A stretch of 64,000 nucleotides of DNA from a virus, in the IMG/VR virus record IMGVR_UViG_3300020406_000804, positions 26,462 to 90,461 of that record; one strand, written 5' to 3'. Below are positions 58,502 through 64,000 of the stretch, piece after piece. Position 1 is the first letter of the stretch; each line of letters opens with the position of its first letter. The notes under the pieces were generated by a model. The model saw nothing but the letters and a program-made list of their open reading frames with translations, was not told the origin of the DNA and did not search any database. The position numbers and the translations under genes were made by a program.

Positions 58502-58738
58502 ATGGGTAGAAGAACGCCAGTTCATATAGAAGTTACGATTAAAGACCAATCTCAAGTTGAAAGAATGATTAAAAAATTTACTAGAAAATGTAAAAAATCA
58601 GGTCTTTTTGACGAACTTAAGAGAAGAAGGTATTATACAAAAAAGTCAGTGAAACTAAAAGAAAAACGCGAGAGAAAGAAAAAGCTTTCGCAAAAGTCAA
58701 CACAAGATTATAAAGATAAGTTTGATAAACTAAAGTAA
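58502..58738 (+). CDS. rpsU: phage-encoded ribosomal protein bS21
   Basis: 78 aa, highly basic. VERMIKKFTRKCKKSGLFDELKRRRYYTKKSVK matches the bS21 pattern (E.AL+RF++....G...E.+.R..Y.KPS). Confidence 0.85.
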   Translation: MGRRTPVHIEVTIKDQSQVERMIKKFTRKCKKSGLFDELKRRRYYTKKSVKLKEKRERKKKLSQKSTQDYKDKFDKLK

Positions 58739-58753
58739 GCAGGAGCAGTTTAG

Positions 58754-60112
58754 ATGTATCGAAGAGAAGCAGCTATAAATTCAAGATCAATTTATTTTGA
58801 CGGCAGGTCCGGCGCCGTTGACCGCGCGGACTGCGTTGTTGTCGGGGACCACGATGTTTTTAGTTTTGGCGACGGTTCGGGCAATGATAAGCCTTTCACC
58901 TTTACCGCTTGGGTTTATGTAGAAGCGCCTGGTTCTGACAACGGACCTTTTATAACAAAAGGAAACTCTGGCGGAGCCACTACTATAGAGTACATATTCA
59001 AACATGAATCTGGCGTGTTAAAGGCTTTTTTGTACAATGGTAAAGCAGGAGAGGGTACATTTAACAGGCTCGCGGTGACAGCCACCTCGGCCACCATCCC
59101 AGCTTCCACATGGGCACATGTTGCTTTGACATACGATGGAAGTATGAACCATGCTGGTCTAAAGCTTTACACAAATGGAGCACTAACTGCATCAAATACG
59201 GTAGAAAATGGAGACTATAGCACAGACGGAGGAACAAGAAACACAAGTGAGCCACTTATAATTGGAAAAACAAATAATAACTCTCCATTGGGGGCCCAAG
59301 CGTTCGAAGACAGAATGGCTGACATTTGCATTTTCAGTAAAGAGTTGTCAGCAACTGAAATAGCAGAAATTTATAATGGAGGTGCAGTTAAGAATATGGC
59401 CAAAGCTTCCACTTATAGTGATTTAACATCTTGGTGGAAAATGGGAGATGACAGAGATGGCCCTCTTTCAGGAGGAATTATAGATTATGTGGGTGGCTAC
59501 AACGGGACACTAACCAATGGTGCCACGATAGCTTTAGAGGTAGATTTAGCGTCTGACTTAGATCCTGAAAATTTTCAAATGTTCACGCAAACTAGTCACG
59601 GAAAAACAAGGCAACTAAAATTTATTACACCACCTGGCCCACGACCAGATTATGATAATATTTTAATGCCACTAGGTCCAAGTCAAATCGAATCGGGTGA
59701 AGCTAAGGATACAGTAGATACAGCCACATATCCAGAGTTGGCAAATGCAATACCTAGTTTTCGCACTGATCCAGATATAAAATTAAATGGAGTTCCCTGT
59801 TCGTTTAGCACTGAAAATCAAAGATATTTAATAATATTTCAAGACTGTCTTCCTACACTTTCAAATGTTGTTGTTCAGGTTTGGGGCTTCTCATACGCTA
59901 TGCCAAGGTGGTCGCCGCTATACGATTTATATGGAATTGAAGTAAAACAATCACAAAACAATGCAGTTCAGTTAGGTAAAATTTATGAGATTGCTGGAGT
60001 AGACAAAGTCTGTCTTGTTAATTTTTCGCAAGCAAACCCAGGCGGACAAGCGGTAAATAGAACATTTGATAAAAACACTGATCACATTTCGTTGGCAGTT
60101 TGCACTTTCTGA
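58754..60112 (+). CDS. LamG/ConA-like domain protein with shared C-terminal domain (putative capsid decoration/fibre)
   Basis: FTFTAWV...WAHVALTYDG...LYTNG...MADICIFSKELS is LamG-like; C-terminal TENQRYL...AGVDKV...CTF. Confidence 0.75.
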   Translation: MYRREAAINSRSIYFDGRSGAVDRADCVVVGDHDVFSFGDGSGNDKPFTFTAWVYVEAPGSDNGPFITKGNSGGATTIEYIFKHESGVLKAFLYNGKAGEGTFNRLAVTATSATIPASTWAHVALTYDGSMNHAGLKLYTNGALTASNTVENGDYSTDGGTRNTSEPLIIGKTNNNSPLGAQAFEDRMADICIFSKELSATEIAEIYNGGAVKNMAKASTYSDLTSWWKMGDDRDGPLSGGIIDYVGGYNGTLTNGATIALEVDLASDLDPENFQMFTQTSHGKTRQLKFITPPGPRPDYDNILMPLGPSQIESGEAKDTVDTATYPELANAIPSFRTDPDIKLNGVPCSFSTENQRYLIIFQDCLPTLSNVVVQVWGFSYAMPRWSPLYDLYGIEVKQSQNNAVQLGKIYEIAGVDKVCLVNFSQANPGGQAVNRTFDKNTDHISLAVCTF

Positions 60113-60120
60113 CTATTTAT
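60113..60120 (+). promoter_or_regulatory. candidate late promoter (CTATTTAT)
   Basis: Recurring motif immediately after a stop codon and before the GGAG SD of ORF 60139. Confidence 0.55.
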
Positions 60121-60138
60121 AAATAATGGAGATTAAAA

Positions 60139-60543
60139 ATGTCACAATTTAAACATACTAGCTGGGGGAGGACACGCCGACCAAAAAGTGTTCATGGCGC
60201 TTCCGGTACAGCAGAAGCAGCCACATCAACCAGCGATCCTACAAATAACGCCGCAGACAACAGTGGCCAAGGATACTCAACAGAAAACCAAAGATTTTTA
60301 CATATGTTGTTGGACACATCGGTTCAGAACGAAGACCGAACAGTAACTGTTTATGGCTATTCTTACGTAACTAACCGATGGGCGCCAATTCGAGATGTTA
60401 GAGGCAATTTAGTAGATTTAGTATGCGACCAAGAATCTAAATACCAGATATTTGAGATATCTGGCGTAGATAAGGTCTACTTTAAGATTAATGGCGCTCT
60501 TCACGCAAATAATTTTTTCTATGCAGCATTTTCAACATTCTAA
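60139..60543 (+). CDS. stand-alone copy of the shared C-terminal domain (putative decoration protein)
   Basis: TSWGRTRRPK...STENQRFLH...SGVDKVYF...STF aligns with the C-termini of both flanking ORFs. Confidence 0.7.
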   Translation: MSQFKHTSWGRTRRPKSVHGASGTAEAATSTSDPTNNAADNSGQGYSTENQRFLHMLLDTSVQNEDRTVTVYGYSYVTNRWAPIRDVRGNLVDLVCDQESKYQIFEISGVDKVYFKINGALHANNFFYAAFSTF

Positions 60544-60558
60544 TTTAAGGCAAAAAGT

Positions 60559-61986
60559 ATGAGACGCAAAAAAGTAAATACTAATTCAATAAAATTCGAT
60601 GGGGCTAATGATAGAATAGTGATTCCAATTTCTGCTGACCGATCAAAGCTAAGCTTTGTCGAAGGCACTCCCGCAGAGATCGCAGCCGGAACAGCTAAAG
60701 ATAAACCATTTTCTCTTGCTGCTTGGATTTTTGTTGAAGACGTAACAACTGGTCTCGCCACCGTCGGGACCATAGGAGATGGTTCAATCCTCAGCATTCT
60801 CGATCAAGACACCGGCACAAACAAGCACGAATATCTTTTTACTAGAACAAACACTACTCACGACCAGGACGCAGACGGTGCTGATAACTTGTTGTTGTGG
60901 CTATATGATTCCGGCGATCATCTCGGTCGCCGCTTGATGGTTAGAACAACGTCAAACCCCTTGCAGAGTGCAACTTGGCATTTGATTGTTGCGACTTATG
61001 ATGGTTCTGCTCACCAAAACGGAATAAATTTTTATGTCGATGGTGTACTACAAACAGTTCACCGCAATCAAACTGGAAACCCTTACACTCATATGCGGCC
61101 CAATGCAGCGCTGCGGGCTGCAATTGGAGGCTACCCCGTTGAGCGAGGAGATTTCGAAGATAGGATGGCAGACGTATATGTGTTTGACAAAGAATTGACA
61201 TTAGCAGAAGCTAAAGAACTCTACAACGGCGGAAAAGTCAAAGATATGACTAAAGCTTCCACTTATAATAATTTGCTTTCCTGGTGGAAAATGGGGGATG
61301 ATCAAGATGGCCCGGGCGCACTAGGAATAAAAGATTATGTTAGTAGCAATCATGGCACCTTGACCAATGGCCCGTTTATAAAGTACTCTCCGGATTTAGG
61401 AACAGATTTTATCACTTTAACTGACAACCATATTTACACTAGTTTTGGAAGAACGCGAACTCCCAAGGGAATAAATAAAGATGGAACAAGATTATCACAA
61501 GTTACTTGGGCTGAATATAATGATATAGTAAAGCGCAATGATATGGACAGAGCATTCCCTAATTCAACTTACTATGTTGACGGCAATGTTTATAAAACAA
61601 TAAACGGAGTTGATACCTTAATTTCATATAACGTAGAAAATCAAAGATATTTGCACTTAACAGCAGACCTTACAAATTATTCCCGCACCAATATTCTTGT
61701 AGTACCATGGTATTGGTATTCTGGAAATCAAATTTTTATTCGTTTTGCTGCACTAGAAAATCCCCTGACGTCCCCGGGTATAGTCTCTAAATCAAACATA
61801 AACTATACAAATGACCTACAGGTACTTGCAGCCACCAAACAACAAGTCTCTTCAAAGGTTTTGCAGCTTTACGGAGCAGATAAGGTTTTCTTCCAAGTTT
61901 TCTCGGCATCTGGCACTTCTCTTAATTCAGGTGGAGGAAGCGAATCAGATGATATTTTAATTTTTGCAGGTGTTAGTACTTTTTAG
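60559..61986 (+). CDS. LamG/ConA-like domain protein, paralogue of 58754..60112
   Basis: DKPFSLAAW, WHLIVATYDG, FEDRMAD, KASTY...SWWKMGDD; C-terminal TSFGRTRTPK...ENQRYLH...GADKVFF...STF. Confidence 0.75.
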   Translation: MRRKKVNTNSIKFDGANDRIVIPISADRSKLSFVEGTPAEIAAGTAKDKPFSLAAWIFVEDVTTGLATVGTIGDGSILSILDQDTGTNKHEYLFTRTNTTHDQDADGADNLLLWLYDSGDHLGRRLMVRTTSNPLQSATWHLIVATYDGSAHQNGINFYVDGVLQTVHRNQTGNPYTHMRPNAALRAAIGGYPVERGDFEDRMADVYVFDKELTLAEAKELYNGGKVKDMTKASTYNNLLSWWKMGDDQDGPGALGIKDYVSSNHGTLTNGPFIKYSPDLGTDFITLTDNHIYTSFGRTRTPKGINKDGTRLSQVTWAEYNDIVKRNDMDRAFPNSTYYVDGNVYKTINGVDTLISYNVENQRYLHLTADLTNYSRTNILVVPWYWYSGNQIFIRFAALENPLTSPGIVSKSNINYTNDLQVLAATKQQVSSKVLQLYGADKVFFQVFSASGTSLNSGGGSESDDILIFAGVSTF

Positions 61987-62032
61987 TATTTTAGCGTTAA
62001 AAATTTTTCCTTCCCTTTAAAACATTAAAACA

Positions 62033-62040
62033 CTATTTAA
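62033..62040 (+). promoter_or_regulatory. candidate late promoter (CTATTTAA) for scaffold/capsid genes
   Basis: Recurring motif in the intergenic region before the scaffold gene. Confidence 0.55.
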
Positions 62041-62097
62041 TAAAGACAAGTTTATTTGTTTACGCGTAAATATATCATTTGTTAGGAGTCGAAAAGG

Positions 62098-63291
62098 ATG
62101 TCAAATTTATTAGAGAAAGCTATAATTGACGCTGAGGCGTTAAAAGAAGCAGCTTTAAAGAATGCTGAGCAGCTTGTAGTGGAAAAGTATTCAAAAGAAG
62201 TCAAAGAAGCGGTTAATAAAATTTTAAATGAAGCTCCTGAGGATGAAATCGGAGGCTTGGCCCCAGAAGACTTAGGGATGTCAGACGTGAATCAGGCCCA
62301 AGATGAATTTGATTCACTTACCGGCGATACAGAAGAAATGGGAGAAACAGAAGATTCTCCTGAGCAAAAAATGGATCCTGAATCCCTGGTAGGCGGCTTG
62401 CCAGATTCCTTCAGCAGCGAAGAAGACGAGCTAATAACAATTAAGCTTGATTCGTTGGAAGCGGACTATGAAGAAGAAGATGAAGTCGATGGCCCATTCG
62501 CCAGCGGCGAAGAAATGTCAGATGATGAGATAGGAATAGATATATTTGACGACGAAGAAGCAGATATTCAAGCAGATGATTTCGACACATCCCCAGATCA
62601 AGATTTTACAACTGACTCTACCCCCGCGGGCATCGATATAGGAATAACTGAGCAGATGGTAGAAGAAATTCTTAGTGAACTCGGCGCTTCTGGTGAAGAT
62701 ATAGACATCGATGAACTAGCAGAAAGAGTTAGAGTTGATATAAATCCGCAAAAGTCTGGATGGGCTGGCACTCCAGAATCAATAATGCAAGAATATGAAG
62801 CAATGCTTCTCGCCAGAGAGCAAGACGAAGAAGTTAAAGAAGAAAATGAAGAGCTTAGAAAAGCAGTAGCGGATCTTAAGCAAGAAAATAAAATTCTCAG
62901 CTCTGCGGCTAAAAAGCTGCAAGCTCAAAATGATAAGTATGAAACAGCTTTTAACACTTTGCAAGAAAAGTTGGAGACCATGAATGTCTCAAACGCGAAG
63001 TTGCTGTACATAAACCAGGCTCTAGAAAATGCCTCCTTGAATGAGCGACAAAGAAGAAAAATTGTCGAAGCCATTTCAAAAGCCGGAACTGTACAAGAAG
63101 CAAAGATAGTCTTTGAAACTATGAATGACACAGTTACAACTACTTCAGACGTGAAGAAAGATGCAACTTTAAATGAAATGGTTTCAAGAAGGTCGTCGCT
63201 ACTTGTCGCGGCTCGTAATGAGCAACCAAACAAGGATGCTAATCCTTTGTATTCAAGAATGCAAAAATTAGCAGGTATAAAGACAAAATAA
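62098..63291 (+). CDS. prohead core/scaffolding protein
   Basis: Very acidic middle, C-terminal coiled coil, ends RMQKLAGI; lies directly upstream of the major capsid gene. Confidence 0.8.
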   Translation: MSNLLEKAIIDAEALKEAALKNAEQLVVEKYSKEVKEAVNKILNEAPEDEIGGLAPEDLGMSDVNQAQDEFDSLTGDTEEMGETEDSPEQKMDPESLVGGLPDSFSSEEDELITIKLDSLEADYEEEDEVDGPFASGEEMSDDEIGIDIFDDEEADIQADDFDTSPDQDFTTDSTPAGIDIGITEQMVEEILSELGASGEDIDIDELAERVRVDINPQKSGWAGTPESIMQEYEAMLLAREQDEEVKEENEELRKAVADLKQENKILSSAAKKLQAQNDKYETAFNTLQEKLETMNVSNAKLLYINQALENASLNERQRRKIVEAISKAGTVQEAKIVFETMNDTVTTTSDVKKDATLNEMVSRRSSLLVAARNEQPNKDANPLYSRMQKLAGIKTK

Positions 63292-63319
63292 AATTTTTTA
63301 GAAAAGGAGGTGATTTTTA

Positions 63320-64000
63320 ATGTCTGTTTTACAAAAACTAACAGAGGGCGTCCAGTCTCGCGATATGCAAGCTGAAGGCGCAGCTCTACTTAACAAGTGG
63401 GAAGCTACTGGCTTGCTTGAGGGTCTTAACGAAGGCCAGCAAAAGCAGGGAATGGCAGTACTTCTCGAAAACCAGGCGAAGGAACTTCTTCGAGAAGCTT
63501 CGTCTATGGCTGCAGGTGATGTCGAAGGCTTCGCTGCAGTTGCATTCCCAATCGTTCGTCGTGTATTCGGTGGACTAATCGCTAATGATCTTATTTCAGT
63601 TCAGCCAATGAGTCTTCCAAGTGGATTGATTTTCTTCTTGGATTTCACTCATGAATCTACCGGAGAGTCACTCTACGGTGGTCGCAAGGTTGGTCGTGAA
63701 ATCCTCGACGGTATTGAAGTCGCTGGTGGATTTTATAACCTAAATCTTAGTGCTAAGGCAGGAGCCAGAGTAAAGAGCGCAACACCAGGTTCAACAAACG
63801 GCAAAATGACCGCTCGCGCAACTACTGTTGATGTTGACAGGGACAACGAAGATTTCGACCCAGATTTGGTTGGTGTAGAAAGATTAGTTCTACGAAATCT
63901 TCCAGTTGCTGGTGCCCGGGCTGCCCAATTGGACCCAGGAGCCGCCGCCGCGGCTATTCTCCACCAGAGAGGCCATGACATCACCAACGTCACAGCTGGT
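63320..64000 (+). CDS. major capsid protein (T4 gp23-like), truncated by the window end
   Basis: AGGAGGTGA SD, then MSVLQKLTEG...KWEATGLLEGL...LLENQ...AFPIVRRVFGGLIANDLISVQPMSLPSGLIFFLDF, the gp23-family N-terminal signature. Confidence 0.93.
   Translation, partial: MSVLQKLTEGVQSRDMQAEGAALLNKWEATGLLEGLNEGQQKQGMAVLLENQAKELLREASSMAAGDVEGFAAVAFPIVRRVFGGLIANDLISVQPMSLPSGLIFFLDFTHESTGESLYGGRKVGREILDGIEVAGGFYNLNLSAKAGARVKSATPGSTNGKMTARATTVDVDRDNEDFDPDLVGVERLVLRNLPVAGARAAQLDPGAAAAAILHQRGHDITNVTAG

Noticed and set aside
37768-60125. T4-type late promoter TATAAATA at 37768, 39108 and 60118
   Set aside because: It is an AT-only 8-mer in very AT-rich gaps and is absent before the scaffold, capsid, portal and baseplate genes, where CTATTTA fits better. 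Not fully excluded.
1-64000. Stop-codon reassignment (alternative genetic code), as in some large phages
   Set aside because: Code 11 gives dense, very long ORFs, and TAA, TAG and TGA all end genes at sensible boundaries.
1-64000. CRISPR array, tRNA/rRNA genes, integrase/transposase, or DGR (reverse transcriptase with TR/VR)
   Set aside because: No regularly spaced repeats, no intergenic gap with a cloverleaf, and no RT or recombinase motifs were seen by eye.

Overview
This window is a 64 kb segment of a large, AT-rich tailed dsDNA phage with T4-like head genes and a myovirus-type baseplate. Essentially all credible genes are on the + strand in the standard code. Gene order: the end of a sugar-modification cluster (PIG-L-type deacetylase, NDP-sugar epimerase); a gp55-like sigma factor; a ~40 kb baseplate/tail module (gp25- and gp6-like wedge proteins, several 1000-3000 aa virion proteins) interrupted by a tandem pair of Cys4 nucleotidyltransferase-like paralogues; a J-domain protein, RuvC-like resolvase, primase and a fused Mre11/SbcD-Rad50/SbcC gene behind a perfect sigma70 promoter; a putative lysis cassette; then large terminase, portal, prohead protease, a phage-encoded ribosomal protein bS21, three paralogues sharing a C-terminal domain, scaffold, and the 5' part of the major capsid gene. 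The most notable signals are the NTase pair with an identical C-x6-C-x8-C-x4-C motif, bS21 among strong-SD late genes, a recurring CTA(T/A)TTA candidate late promoter, a ~120 aa module shared by three otherwise dissimilar virion proteins, and [ST]GS/TGA motif enrichment that may mark virion glycosylation. All calls come from reading motifs by eye; no database search was run.
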